The notes under the pieces were generated by a model. It had not been told where the DNA came from, did no database searches, and worked only from the letters and a program-made list of their open reading frames with translations. This document shows, piece after piece, positions 52,245 to 63,668 of a DNA stretch of 64,000 nucleotides. This stretch comes from an uncultured Chloroflexia bacterium. GTDB lineage: Bacteria > Chloroflexota > Dehalococcoidia > DSTF01 > JACRBR01. The position numbers and the translations under genes were made by a program. Every line of letters begins with the position of its first letter. The stretch's first letter is position 1. The stretch lies in NCBI GenBank assembly GCA_963736015.1, contig CAVTNG010000004.1:39920-103919 (forward strand), written 5' to 3'.

Positions 52245-53376
52245 GGATCGCTATCGATGCGACCTCCGTGCCGCGACAACCCGCGGGCGCCGGTGTGTAT
52301 GCAATCGAGCTCGTCCGCGCGCTCGCCAAGATGCATGCGCAGGACGGATTCGCGCTGTTCACGGGTACCCACGCGTTCGACGGCGAGGTTGCGAGCCGGC
52401 GCAACTGGCGGATCGACCGCGTCGCGGCTCGCTCCCGCTCATGGCGTACGGTCTGGGAGCAGATCGCACTTCCGTGCCGCCTCTCGGACCTTGGCATCGA
52501 TGTGCTGCACTCGACGCACCACACGCTCCCCCTTCGCTCGACGCGCGCGCGTCGCGTCGTCACCATCCACGACGTCACCTTCTTCCTGACGCCGCAGCGA
52601 TACACGGCGGCGCGACGGCTATACATGCAGACGATGACGCGGCTGGCTGCGAAGGTCGCCGACGCGATCATCGTGCCGTCAGAGACCGTACGCGCGGACG
52701 TGTCAGCGTCGCCTCGGAATGAGCGCCGAGAAGATCACCACGATCTACGAAGCGGCCGGTGCGCGCTATCGCCCGGTGCCAGGGCCCGAAGCATCGGTCG
52801 CCGCGCGCAGGTATGGGCTCTCTTCACCGTACGTCCTCAGCGTCGGCAGCCTGGAGCCTGGCAAGAACCGGGCGCGGTTGATCCAGGCGATGGCGACGCT
52901 GCCTGATGCAGGTCTCGCCTACCAACTCGCCATCGTCGGACAACCCGCGTGGAAGTACGAGCAGGACTACGTGCTCGTCGAGCAACTCGGCATGCGTGAT
53001 CGGGTCCGCTTCCTGGGTTACGTGCCCGATGAGGACATGCCCGCGCTGTACAGCGCCGCGACCGTATTCGCATTCCCGTCGCTGCTACGAGGGCTTCGGC
53101 CTGCCCGTGCTCGAGGCGATGGCCTGCGGAACCCCCGTGGTCACATCAAGCGTTAGCGCAACCGCGGAGGTAGCAGGCGACGCGGCGATGCTCGTTGATC
53201 CCCGCTCAACTGACGCGATACGCGAAGGCCTGCGCACGCTGCTCTCCGACGCCGGGCGGCGCGAGACCCTGGCGACACGCGGCGTCGAGCGTGCAACGGA
53301 CTTCACGTGGGAACGCGCAGCCGGGGAGACGCACGCCGTGTACGAGCGACTCGTACGCCGGTCGAGCTCCTCGTGA
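52241..53376 (+). CDS. GT4 (group 1) glycosyltransferase, frameshifted
   Basis: VTIHD, VGSLEPGKN, YEGFGLPVLEAMACGTP. Confidence 0.88.
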
Positions 53377-54287
53377 CCGCTTCACTATCCGTCATCATCG
53401 TCACGTTCAACTCAGCGCAGGACATCGGCACATTGCTGTCGTCGCTGCACGAGCACTCAGGCGCCGCCGCAAGCGAGATTATCATCGTCGACAATGCCTC
53501 CAGTGACGACACGCGTGCGCTCATCGCGCAGCAATACCCGTCGGCGCAGGTAATCGCGCGCTCAAGTAACGCTGGCCTCTCGGCAGCCGTGAACGAGGGC
53601 GTCGCAGCCTCCAGCGGCCGCTGCGTCGCGGTCCTCAACCCGGACATCCGCTTCGCGCACGATGCGCTAACGCCACTCGTCGACTATCTCGCGGAGCATC
53701 CGGAAGCCGGCGTCGTCGCGCCCAAGCTGCTCGATGAGGACGGGGCGCTGCAGTTGAGCTGCCGCGCCTTCCCCGGTTATTCGACGGCGCTGTTCGGCCG
53801 CTATTCGCTCCTCAGCCGGATCTTCCCTTCGAACGCCAGCACGGCCCGTTACCTGATGTTGAACTTCGATCACACACACACGGCCGGCGTCGATTGGGTC
53901 AGTGGCGCCGCCATGGTGATCCGCCGTGACGTCTTCGACGCGGTCGGGGGATGGGATCCGGGCCTCTTCCTGTTCAGCGAGGACGTGGACTTCTGCCGCC
54001 GTGTACACGAAGCCGGCTACGGCGTCGTCTACCACCCGGCCGCGGTGCTGTATCACCGCATCGGCATCAGCAAGCACGCATCGAGCCGTGTGATCATCGA
54101 GCGCCACAAGAGCATGTGGCGGTACTACCGCAAGCACCTGGCGGGCTGGTGGCCCCGCGATGTCGCGACGGCCGCGGGTATCTCCGCGCGATGCGGATGG
54201 ATGCTCGCAGCGCATGGAGCGAGCGGCCTTCATCGACAACGCTTCGCGGGTGGAGTCAGTCGCGGGAGGTCGGTGACTCAGGCATGA
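53373..54287 (+). CDS. Family 2 glycosyltransferase (WbbL-like)
   Basis: VDNASSD, LNPD, DWVSGAAM, FLFSEDVD. Confidence 0.88.
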   Translation: MTASLSVIIVTFNSAQDIGTLLSSLHEHSGAAASEIIIVDNASSDDTRALIAQQYPSAQVIARSSNAGLSAAVNEGVAASSGRCVAVLNPDIRFAHDALTPLVDYLAEHPEAGVVAPKLLDEDGALQLSCRAFPGYSTALFGRYSLLSRIFPSNASTARYLMLNFDHTHTAGVDWVSGAAMVIRRDVFDAVGGWDPGLFLFSEDVDFCRRVHEAGYGVVYHPAAVLYHRIGISKHASSRVIIERHKSMWRYYRKHLAGWWPRDVATAAGISARCGWMLAAHGASGLHRQRFAGGVSRGRSVTQA

Positions 54288-55371
54288 ACACGCGCTGACG
54301 TATCCAGACGATGCCGTGGCTGTTCCAGAGCGTGACCACATAACCGAGCCGCAGGAGCACCAGCGCGACAGTGCCGATCATCGCCACGAAGACGGCAGCC
54401 TCGAGCGCGTTATTGTCGAGGTAGTGCAGCAGGATCGCGCCGCCGAGAAAAGATCGCGCAGATCGCGTAGATGATCACGAGCAGACCGCGCGGACCGGCG
54501 CCGTAGCGCTCGATGCGATGGTGGATGTGGTCCTCGTCGCGAACCGCCGGATGCTGTCCGTGCAGGAGGCGCCGCGTCGGGGCAAGGATCAGGTCGAGTA
54601 TTGGGTATCCGAGCGCAACGAGCGGGATGGCGATGAAGACGTCACCGGTCGGCCCGGTCGCCGCACGAATCGACAGGGACGCGAGCACGAACCCAAGCAC
54701 ATAGGCGCCGGAGTCGCCGACGTAGACGAAGCTTGGCGGCAGATTGAACGGCAAGAACCCCAGACCCGCCCCGGCCATCGCAACGAGCAGCAGCGCCACC
54801 GTCGGGTGCGACGAGTGCGCTGCGATCTGCGCCATCGTCGCGCACGCGAAGATCGCCACGCCGACGGCGACGCCGTCCCGTCCATCGACAAAGTTGATCG
54901 AGTTCGGTGACAGCGTAGATCCAGAGCACCGTCATAAGCAGGCCTGCGATGCCGAGATGTACGCTCCCGCCCCAGGGCAGGCCGATGTCATCGATGCGGT
55001 AGCCCGCCGCGTAGACCGCGACGCCGGCACCAACGAAGACGATCGAGCGTATGAGCGGCCGCACCAGGCGCACGTCGTCGAAGAAGCCAACGATGAAGAC
55101 GAGCGATGTAGCCGCAAGCAGCCCCAGGAAGCTGCCGGACTTCGGCGAGAAGAACTCGCTGGCGTGCTCGGACAGCGCCGACGCCACGAATGGGGTCAGC
55201 GCGAACGCTCCGAGGAATACGACGCCACCCCAGCGCGGCCGCTCGGCCGCGCCACGCACGTCGAACAGGCCCCGCAAGCGCGCAGTCCCGCGATGCCAGG
55301 AGCAGCGCGACGGACAGAGCGGCGCCGATGGCGATGGAGAGGGCGAGCGTCAGCAGGTAGATATCGAGCAT
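54256..55371 (-). CDS. MraY/WecA-family polyprenyl-phosphate sugar-1-phosphate transferase, frameshifted
   Basis: PRWGG, GFFDD, N.INFVDG, FNLPP..VYVGDSG, DHIHH. Confidence 0.85.
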
Positions 55372-55485
55372 ACAGGTCCGTGCGAATCGGCTCCGCGACA
55401 ATCTACCACCGGCGAGTGAGGCTGGACACAAACGCGTTGGCTTATGTTCACTCGCACCGCGGGCGGGCCGCCGATACGCTGGCGC

Positions 55486-56397
55486 ATGCCCGCACGCTTC
55501 ATCGCCGCCGTCGATCTCGGAGCGACGAACGCGCGTGTCGCCATCCTGAACGAGGACGGCGAGATCGAGGCGCGCCGAAGCGGGCCGCTCCCTGACGGCC
55601 CGCCCGATGCCGTGCTGAGGAGCATCGGCCGGACGATCGATGATCTCGTGCGCGGCGTGTGGGTCGGCGCGCGCGTCGCCGCCATCGGCGTCGCCCTCCC
55701 GGGCTCGGTCGACCCGCGCGTCGGCACCGTCGCCTCCGTCGCAAATATGCCGGGGTGGGACGACGTGCCTCTTGCGGAGGCGCTGGGTAGGCCCCGCGGC
55801 GTGAAGGTCGCCGATCGAGAACGACGCGAACTCCGCAGCCGTCGGCGAGGGCTGGCTGGGCGCCGCGAAAGGCCTCACGAGCTTCGTCTTCATCGCGCTG
55901 GGAACGGGCATCGGCGCCGGCATCGTGATCGACGGGCGTCTCGTGCGGGGCGCGCACGGACTGGCAGGAGAAGCTGGCGTACTTCCCGATGACGCGTGCG
56001 CAGGTGCGCCATCCGAGCTGGGACCGCTGCCTCGAGGCTGACGTCAGCGGTCGTGCGATGCGAGAAGCAGCGACACGGCTTCTGGGAGGCCGTGCATCGC
56101 CCGCAGACCTGTTCCAGGGCGCGGGGGACGACGGCGATGCCGCGGCATGGCTCGTCGGCGTGCAGGAGGAATTGGCAATGGCGGTCGCCGCGATCGGAGC
56201 GCTGCTCGATCCGGAGGTCGATCGTATTCGGCGGCGGGGTGGTGGCGGCGCAGGGCGAGCTGCTGCTTGGGCGCATTCGCGAGCTGGCGGGTCCGTGCAT
56301 ACCGGGAGGCACAAAGATCGTCCCATCGCAGCTGTCCGAGGACGCGCAGCTCATCGGCGCGGCACGGCTCGCTCTCGACTGCCTGGAGGACGGCTGA
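55486..56397 (+). CDS. ROK family sugar kinase/regulator, frameshifted
   Basis: AVDLGAT, ENDAN, LGTGIGAG, AGE. Confidence 0.85.
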
Positions 56398-56822
56398 TGG
56401 CCGCGCTACCGTCGCACATGCGCTGGACCCTCATCGCCATGCTCCTCGCTGCCACGCTTTTGATCGCTGCTTGCAGTCTCGGCGCGGGCAGAGCGCAGAA
56501 GTCAACAGCTCGTCCGTTCGTCGACGGCGAGACGCTCGGCGTCAGCACGACGGCGAATGCGGCGACGGCCGACCAGGTGCACACGCTGCTCTCGGTCACG
56601 TGCGAGAAGTCTTCTCTCATCATCCGCACAAGCGTCGAGAGCATCGTCGCGACATCCGACTGCACAAAGGCGCCCCTCGAGGCGGAGCTGGACCGCGCGC
56701 TCGGCCTGCCAGCGACCATCTCACGAATCGGCGACACGCTGCGCATCACGAATCCGTCCGGGATCAAGATCGAGGTGCAGGCGACCAACATCATGTTGAG
56801 CGAATCCCATGTCTCGCCCTGA
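56397..56822 (+). CDS. Hypothetical lipoprotein
   Basis: LLIAAC lipobox; coupled to neighbours. Confidence 0.6.
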   Translation: MAALPSHMRWTLIAMLLAATLLIAACSLGAGRAQKSTARPFVDGETLGVSTTANAATADQVHTLLSVTCEKSSLIIRTSVESIVATSDCTKAPLEAELDRALGLPATISRIGDTLRITNPSGIKIEVQATNIMLSESHVSP

Positions 56823-57359
56823 TCCAGACCGCTACTTCATGGGCATCGCGATGGCGGTGCGATCCCGCGCGAACTGCACCGGACGCCGCGTCGGCGCGAT
56901 CATCGTCCGCGATTACCGCATCCTCAGCACGGGCTATAACGGCACACCGACGCGGATGACGAACTGCGAGGAGGGCGGCTGCCACCGCTGCGCGCATCCG
57001 GAGTCTTACGCCTCCGGCGAGGGCTATGACGTCTGCATCTGCGTGCACGCGGAGCAGAACGCGCTCCTCGCGGCCGCACGCTTCGGCGTCGCGATCGAGG
57101 GCTGCACGCTTTACACGACGCTGCAGCCGTGCTTCGGCTGCCTCAAGGAGGCCATCCAGGCGAGCGTCAGGAGGTGTGCTTCCTGCACCCCTGGCCCTCG
57201 CGGTTCCGCGACCAGTACGACGCGCTCGTCGACCGGCTGGGTCCGCACCGATTCCGACAGGTGCAATCCACGGACCCCGACGCCGCCTGGGCCCTTGGCC
57301 CGCACGCCAGCGGCGAGCGCGGCCTCGGTCACGAGACGCTGGACCGACCGGCGACTTGA
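56809..57359 (+). CDS. dCMP deaminase family protein, frameshift near 57170
   Basis: VGA, GYNG, HAEQNA, PCFGC. Confidence 0.88.
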
Positions 57360-57390
57360 CCGCAACTGGTGCCCGGCATACAAGTCCGGC

Positions 57391-58731
57391 ATGACGTTCC
57401 GTGCCGGAGCCGCCCAGGTTGTGATCACTCCCCCTGTCGGCACGCCTCTCGAGGGCTACGGCGGTCGCCAAGGCGGCGCCGTGGGCGTGCACGACGATCT
57501 CCACGCTCGCGCGCTCGTCGTGGACGACGAGACCACCAGGGCAGCCGTCGTGGGCTGCGACGCCGTGGGCGTCGACCGCCGGCTCGTCGCCACCGTCAGA
57601 GAACGGGCCGCCGAGGCGACGGGCATTCCCACGGCGAACATCATGGTGTGCGCGACGCATACCCACGCCGGTCCGGCAGCTGCTGTGCGCCGCGACGATC
57701 CGGCGCTGACCGACGTCCTCGCTCGCACGATCGCCGGCGCCATCGAGGCGGCGTACCGTGACCTCCAGCCGGCGGTGCTGAAGGCCGGCGCGGGCTCTGT
57801 CGACAGCGTGAGCCAGAACAGGCGCGATCCAAACGGTCCATTCGATCCGGCCATGCGCGTGCTGCTGTTCGACGCGCCAGACCACCGCGAGGCGCCGCGC
57901 GGCGCGATAGTGAACTTCGCATGTCACCCGACAGTGCTGTACTCGACGAACATGCTCGTGTCGGCTGACTACCCCGGCCACGCTATGGCCGCCGTCCAAC
58001 GCGCGCTCGGCGGTGCTACGCCGCTGTTTGTGAACGGCGCCTGCGGCGATGTGAACCCGGCGTGGATTGAGCAGGAGCACGTAGAGGCGGAGCGCGTTGG
58101 CAGCATCGTCGGTGCGGAGGCGTCGCGGCGGCTGCTCGAACTCCGGCCGCTGGCCAACCAACACAAGGTCTGGAACATTCGATGGGACGAACTGCTGGAT
58201 AAGCCGGTGACATCCGGCGCCCTCATATCGTCGCCGTCGGTCAAGGTCCTTTCGCAGGACGTGTCCGTGCCGCTCCGGGCACTCGTGCCCCGCGAAACCT
58301 ACGATGCACGCCTCGCCCACCTGGAAGAGGAGCGGCAGGGGCTGCGGGATGACGACGTGGCGGGCCGCCGCCGCGTCATGGAGCAAATCACCCGGTTCCG
58401 CACTGAGCGCATCGTCGCGGAGCGCCTCCGGCCATCCGATGCGCAGCACCTGGCGCGCGCGGAGGTGCAGGTCATCCGGCTCGGTCCGGGGTGCGCCATT
58501 CTCGGGCTGCCGGGCGAGTTCTTCGTCGAGACCGCGAGCGCGATCCAGGAGGCAGTCGCCATACCGCATCTCCTCGTCGCCTGCTACGCAAACCACTACA
58601 TGGGGTACCTCGTGCCTCGGCATGCCTTCGATGACGGTGGCTACGAGCCCGGCGTCGCGGTCGTCGACGAGACGGCCGAAGAGACCGTTCGGCTCGCCGC
58701 GATCGACCTCGTACGCCGAGCCATGCGCTGA
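57391..58731 (+). CDS. Neutral/alkaline ceramidase-like N-terminal domain protein
   Basis: VHDDLHARA, ATHTHAGP, NFACHP, NGACGDVNP, PGE. Confidence 0.8.
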   Translation: MTFRAGAAQVVITPPVGTPLEGYGGRQGGAVGVHDDLHARALVVDDETTRAAVVGCDAVGVDRRLVATVRERAAEATGIPTANIMVCATHTHAGPAAAVRRDDPALTDVLARTIAGAIEAAYRDLQPAVLKAGAGSVDSVSQNRRDPNGPFDPAMRVLLFDAPDHREAPRGAIVNFACHPTVLYSTNMLVSADYPGHAMAAVQRALGGATPLFVNGACGDVNPAWIEQEHVEAERVGSIVGAEASRRLLELRPLANQHKVWNIRWDELLDKPVTSGALISSPSVKVLSQDVSVPLRALVPRETYDARLAHLEEERQGLRDDDVAGRRRVMEQITRFRTERIVAERLRPSDAQHLARAEVQVIRLGPGCAILGLPGEFFVETASAIQEAVAIPHLLVACYANHYMGYLVPRHAFDDGGYEPGVAVVDETAEETVRLAAIDLVRRAMR

Positions 58732-58787
58732 CGCGATGCCGGAGGTCCGGATGCCTCCGGACCGAGTTCGCGCCGTACAATGCGGCG

Positions 58788-59603
58788 ATGAAACGCGTAG
58801 CGGTATTCGAGGCACATGGCGACGACATGGAGTTCTTCGCCGGTGGCACGATCGCGAAGTTCGCCGCGCTCGGGCACGCCGTCACGCTCATCGTGGCAAC
58901 CGACAACGACAAGGGCTCCTTCGAACTGTCGGCCGAACAGCTGCGTGCCGCTCGAGATGGGGAGCTTCAGGGGGCGGCGCGTGTGCTGGGCATCGAACGG
59001 GTGATCCCGCTCGGCTACTCTGACGGCGAACTGGCGTTCCAGGCACCACCGGAGAAGCTGCGCGGTGAATTCATGCGCATCATCCGCGAGGTCAAACCCG
59101 ACATCATGATGACGTGGGATCCGTTCACTCCATATGAGGGCCACGCCGACCACCGCGCCGTCGCAGTTGCCGCGAGCGAGGCCGCGAGCTTCTCTCACTT
59201 TCCGCTGTACCATCCTGAGCAGCTGACAGACGGGCTCGAGACGCACTACGTCGGCGAACAGTGGTACTTCGCCAAGGCACCGCGCGACCAGAACCGCTTC
59301 GTCGACATCGACGGCTACATCGATGCGAAGGTTGCCGCGCTGCACTGCCACACCGCGCAGATGGTATTGACCATCGCCGATATGCAGCGCCACTTGCATG
59401 CGTCCGGCCTCGACGTGCCCTGGCTTGCCGAACTTGACCCGCACGACTACCACGCGGCAATCGACCGCCGCATGCGCTCGGCCGGCCGTGCCGTGGCCCG
59501 TCAGGCGGTTATGAGCTGCGAATACGCGGAAGCGTTTCGGCGCACGCGTTTCGGCGGCATTGAGTCGCTCGCACGTGACCAGGTGATACCGGAGGACGTA
59601 TAG
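58788..59603 (+). CDS. PIG-L family deacetylase
   Basis: AHGDD, HADH. Confidence 0.85.
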   Translation: MKRVAVFEAHGDDMEFFAGGTIAKFAALGHAVTLIVATDNDKGSFELSAEQLRAARDGELQGAARVLGIERVIPLGYSDGELAFQAPPEKLRGEFMRIIREVKPDIMMTWDPFTPYEGHADHRAVAVAASEAASFSHFPLYHPEQLTDGLETHYVGEQWYFAKAPRDQNRFVDIDGYIDAKVAALHCHTAQMVLTIADMQRHLHASGLDVPWLAELDPHDYHAAIDRRMRSAGRAVARQAVMSCEYAEAFRRTRFGGIESLARDQVIPEDV

Positions 59604-60549
59604 GTGAAGCTGGGATGCAGCTCTTGGTCCTACCATGCGGCCTTTCGTGCGGGCAGCCTCGATCTACGGGAATGGCTCCGCATCTGCGCCGAGGACCTGG
59701 ATGTCGATGGCATCGAGCTCGTCGATCAGCACTTTCCGACCAGCGATCCACTGTACCTGCGTGACTTGAAGAAACTCTGCACTGACCTCCAACTCACGAT
59801 CAGCGGAATCGCGGTGAGCAACGACTTCGGCGCTGACGACCGGCGCCAGGGGGAGATCGACAAGGTTCAGCGCTGGTGCGAGGTTGCCGCCTACATCGGC
59901 GCGCCGATCGTGCGCGTGTTCGCCGGCTGGGTGCCGCGGCCGCCGCGTCGAGCCTGATCCGGGCCGCATCGTCGGCACGCTCCGCCGTGTGCTCGGCCCG
60001 AAGCCGGTGAACATACTCCGCACTTGGTCCGACGCCACTGCAGCGATGCGCCAGTGCGCAGACTACGCCGCCGAGCGCGGTGTCGTCCTCGCCGTGCAGA
60101 ACAACAGCTCAGGAGGTGTCGTCGGCACGTCCGCGCAGCATCGAGCAGTGCCTGCGGGACGTCGGGTCGCCGTGGCTGCGCAGTCTGCCTCGATCTCGGC
60201 GACCTCGCGGGAGCGATCGACTTCGGCGCGATCGCGCCGCGCATTGTGCAGGCGCACGCCCGTGTGCGCGACGTGGCCGACGACGGCGGCGACGACCCGC
60301 GTCCACTGGCCGGAACTGCTGCGCACGCTGAAGCTCGCACGCTACCGTGGATTCGTGCACGTGGATTACGAGGGCGTCGAAGACCCGGCACTCGGCCGTG
60401 CCGCGCGCCACACGGTACCTACGCGGCCTCCTGCACCTGCTCGCAGGCAGCAGCTACTCGCGGCTCCGGCTGCGTCGGACGACCGCACCGACTTCGAGTC
60501 ACGGGAAGATGAAGAACGCGGCGGAGCGATGCCGGACGGCCAGCGTTGA
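59604..60549 (+). CDS. Sugar phosphate isomerase/epimerase TIM barrel, multiple frameshifts
   Basis: CSSWSY, DGIEL, VRVFAG, LDLG, YRG...DYEG. Confidence 0.7.
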
Positions 60550-61299
60550 GGACCCGCGCCGTCATATTCGACCTTGGCCACACGCTGTGGGACATCGGCG
60601 ATTCCGGCGATGCGCTGAGCGCACGCGTACGCTGGCATGCGGGCGACGCTCTGCGAGCGGCTCGAGCCGCGACGACATTCCGGACGCAGCGACGCTGCAG
60701 CAGCGCCGTGGGCGGCGCGTTGCGCGCGTCGGCGGAGACCTACTTCATGCAGTCCACCGAGCTCCGCCAGCCGCCCACGCACACGTGGGTCGCGGAGGGC
60801 TGCCGGGCCGCGGGCCTCGAGCTTCCGGACTACACTCATCCGCGAAGTGACGCCGCCGCTGTTCGCGACGGAGGTCGATCGCCTGATCTGTCATGACGGT
60901 ACGCTCGAGGCGGTCGAAGACCTCGAGGCACGTGGCTATCGCATCGGCTGCGTCACGAACACGCTGGCAGACCGCCCGACGATCGTGCTGATGCTCGAAC
61001 GACACCGGTTTGCGCCCTTCATGGCGTCCGTCGTGGTCTCGTCACAGGAGGGGTGGCGCAAGCCCCACGCTGCCTTGTTTGAGAAGGCGCTGAGCGAACT
61101 GGATACGCCGGCGCACGAAGCCGTCTTCGTTGGCGACAGTCCGTGGCACGACATCGGCGGGGCGAAGGCGGTGGGTATGCGCGCGATCCTCACGACCCAG
61201 TATGTCACCCGTGCCTACGACGGGTTCGAACCACCGCCCGATGCGGTGATCTCCCATGTGTCTGAGCTTCCCGCCGTGCTCGAGCGACTCGACCTCTAA
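60546..61299 (+). CDS. HAD-family hydrolase, frameshifted
   Basis: FDLGHTL, VTN, RKP, VGDS..HDIGGA. Confidence 0.85.
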
Positions 61300-62483
61300 C
61301 CGCGCAGCCGGTCGCTCGCCGCACGGGCTAGCGGGTTGACATTGCGCGTCTGCGTCGTGCGCGACGCTTCTTCGCGCTCCTTCTTGGCTTGGGCAAGATC
61401 CGCGGCGGCGCTCTCAAGCAGGTCCTTCGCCGACGTGCCGTCTTCCGGGAAGCAGACGATGGCGACGGACGCCTTCAGCGGTTCAGGACTGCCATCGTTG
61501 CCAAAGACCGACACCTGCGACATACTCGCGAGCAGTCTAGTCGTGACCGACACAGCGCCTGCGCGGTTTGTCTCAGGGAGCAGCACGGCGAACTCATCGT
61601 TCGTCAGCCGCGCTACCAGTTCCGGCGCCGAGATCGCCTCTGCAAGGCTCACGGCAGCGCTGCGCAACAGGCGGTCGCCCATCGTCTGGCCGTACTGCGC
61701 GTTAAAGTGGCCGAAGTCGTCCAGATCAATCACGACCACCGACAGCGGGCGTCCGTAGCGTCCGCAGCGGATCAGTTCGGCCTCGATCGCCTCGCTGATG
61801 TACCTGCGGTTGTACACCCACGTCACCGGGTCGATGTCGTTGAACCGCGCCGTATCTTCCTGCGTCGCGATGTCGCGCATCGCCAGTGTGAAGTGCCCGA
61901 CGAGCAGCTCGACGATCTCCGCATCGATGTCTGTGCGGTCGAAGCCAAAGGCGACAATCCCGTAGGGCTCGCCTTCGACGAGCATCGGGACGAACGCGAC
62001 CTTCTTTAGGCCCAGCTTCTCTTCGGCGGCTTTTATGACCTCATCCGCGATGCGGTCTCCCCAGAAGTCTCGCATCGAGTCGCGCATCGCTACTTCGCCG
62101 CCATCGATGATCAGGCGCCGGAAGTCACTCGCCGTGAGGTCGAGCTCGATAGCGGTGAGGTCCTCCTGGAACGCGTCCATCGCTCGCTCCAGATGCGGCT
62201 CGACGATGCCTTCCAGCGGCGCGCTGGTCAGCACGTCTCGCTTCTTGTCGAGGATCAGCGGGTAGACGAACATGGCTTCGGTTACGGCAGGCGACTGCTC
62301 CAGAAACGCTCCAACCATCTCCTGCGTGCTCCCGGCGCTGTGGAGAAACAATGAGAGGATCACGAGGTCGAAGAGCCTGCCTTCCCGTCCCTCGGGCCGC
62401 GCCGAGTCAAGCGACTCAATCGCCACCATCGGTTGCGGTGGCGCAGAATCGCGCGACTCCTTCTTCAGCGGCAGCCAGCGCAT
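61296..62483 (-). CDS. GAF-like plus degenerate GGDEF protein (TNDEF)
   Basis: DPVTWVYNRR, IDLDDF, GD.LL, ARLTNDEFAVLL. Confidence 0.85.
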   Translation of the reverse strand: MRWLPLKKESRDSAPPQPMVAIESLDSARPEGREGRLFDLVILSLFLHSAGSTQEMVGAFLEQSPAVTEAMFVYPLILDKKRDVLTSAPLEGIVEPHLERAMDAFQEDLTAIELDLTASDFRRLIIDGGEVAMRDSMRDFWGDRIADEVIKAAEEKLGLKKVAFVPMLVEGEPYGIVAFGFDRTDIDAEIVELLVGHFTLAMRDIATQEDTARFNDIDPVTWVYNRRYISEAIEAELIRCGRYGRPLSVVVIDLDDFGHFNAQYGQTMGDRLLRSAAVSLAEAISAPELVARLTNDEFAVLLPETNRAGAVSVTTRLLASMSQVSVFGNDGSPEPLKASVAIVCFPEDGTSAKDLLESAAADLAQAKKEREEASRTTQTRNVNPLARAASDRLRG

Positions 62484-62489
62484 TGTTCG

Positions 62490-63598
62490 CTACTCCTCCG
62501 CCAGCTTCACGACGAATGTGAACTCGTTGTGAGTCTCGACGCGGGCTGGCCGCGACATCGCGTGCGACACCGACTGTTCCAATGCGTGCGGGTCGAGCTC
62601 GTCTACCGTCTCCAGGGACACAATCGCCACGCCATTCGCGAAACTGAGCAGCGACATGTCGCGCACGTTCTCCATGCCCAGGAGCGCGCGATGGAGCGGC
62701 ACCAGGTCGACGCCTCGGCGCTTGTCTTCGACCGTAATCCTGTAGGTGCGCGGCAGCAGATCCAGGCCACGCTTCTGCTCGACCCGAATCGGCGGCGGTG
62801 GCTCGGGCAGTGGCCGCGTATCGATCTCGACGTCTCCCGCGTCGACGATTGGCTGCGGCTCGACGGGCGCGCGCGCGACCGCGTCACGGAAAATTGCCGG
62901 CCGGGGCGGTCCCGCCGGCATCGCGCGGAGCGCCGGAGTTTCTTCCCAGTCGTCGTCGCTTTCGTCCATCATCGGCGTGCCGCGGCCCGCGCCGCTCGGC
63001 GTAGTCAATCCGCCCTCGACCCGCGCGGTGAGGGCTGCCAGCGCGCCACGCAGATCGGCGACCTCTTCCTCGAGCCGGGCGAGCGCGGCCTGCCACGGCT
63101 GGGTGTCGACCACGCCCACGTCGTCGCGCACTCCCGCTGCTCCGGCGCGAATTGAGGTTGGAGCGCTTGGCGGCGGCGGTTCGATCGCGACGCTCGTAGG
63201 CTCGGGCTCGATCGGTGCCGCTGCGGCTACATGCGCCTCCGGGTCCGCTGCCTCGTTGGATTGTGGTGCCTCGGTATCGACTTCCGCCGCGGCCTGCGCG
63301 GCCTTGGCGGCCGCCACCCGGCGGATCGTCGCCTCGATAACATCGTCGTCGATTTCCGCGGGAGTCACGCCACGAACGTCGGCAGGGCCATCCTGCGGGT
63401 CGCTCGAACCGTCCGGAACACCGGTCTCCGCAGGCTCACTCTGTGCTCGATGGCGCAGCGGCCTCCAGCCGTGCCTTAGCCTCGGCCACGCGACGAATCG
63501 TCGCCTCGATCAGGTCATCCTGGGTCTCTTCAGTCATCGCCCACACCCATGTCGGGCAGCCCCTCAGCACCCCACATGTAGTGATCGGCATCAGCCAT
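62490..63598 (-). CDS. Hypothetical acidic/Pro-rich protein with repeated helix and coiled coil, frameshifted
   Basis: AAGGAGG SD before ATG 63598; two [16 protein letters not shown] copies; heptad segment; folded C-terminus. Confidence 0.6.
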
Positions 63599-63668
63599 CC
63601 CGAACCGCACCTCCTTACGCCAGCCTTCGCGCTGCCGCCAGAATCAACGCCCGTTACAATGGCCTCAG

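Noticed and set aside
56809-58731. 640-aa dCMP deaminase-ceramidase fusion ORF
   Set aside because: The deaminase continues sensibly in another frame to a stop at 57359; the linker is out-of-frame sequence
56791-58815. Long antisense ORFs (also 10218-11126 and 28543-29667)
   Set aside because: Shadow ORFs of real genes in high-GC DNA with no recognisable motifs
953-61299. Numerous frameshifts as programmed recoding or mass pseudogenisation
   Set aside because: They hit unrelated and essential genes (glmS, nadC, rfbA) without slippery motifs and cluster by region, which fits long-read indel errors
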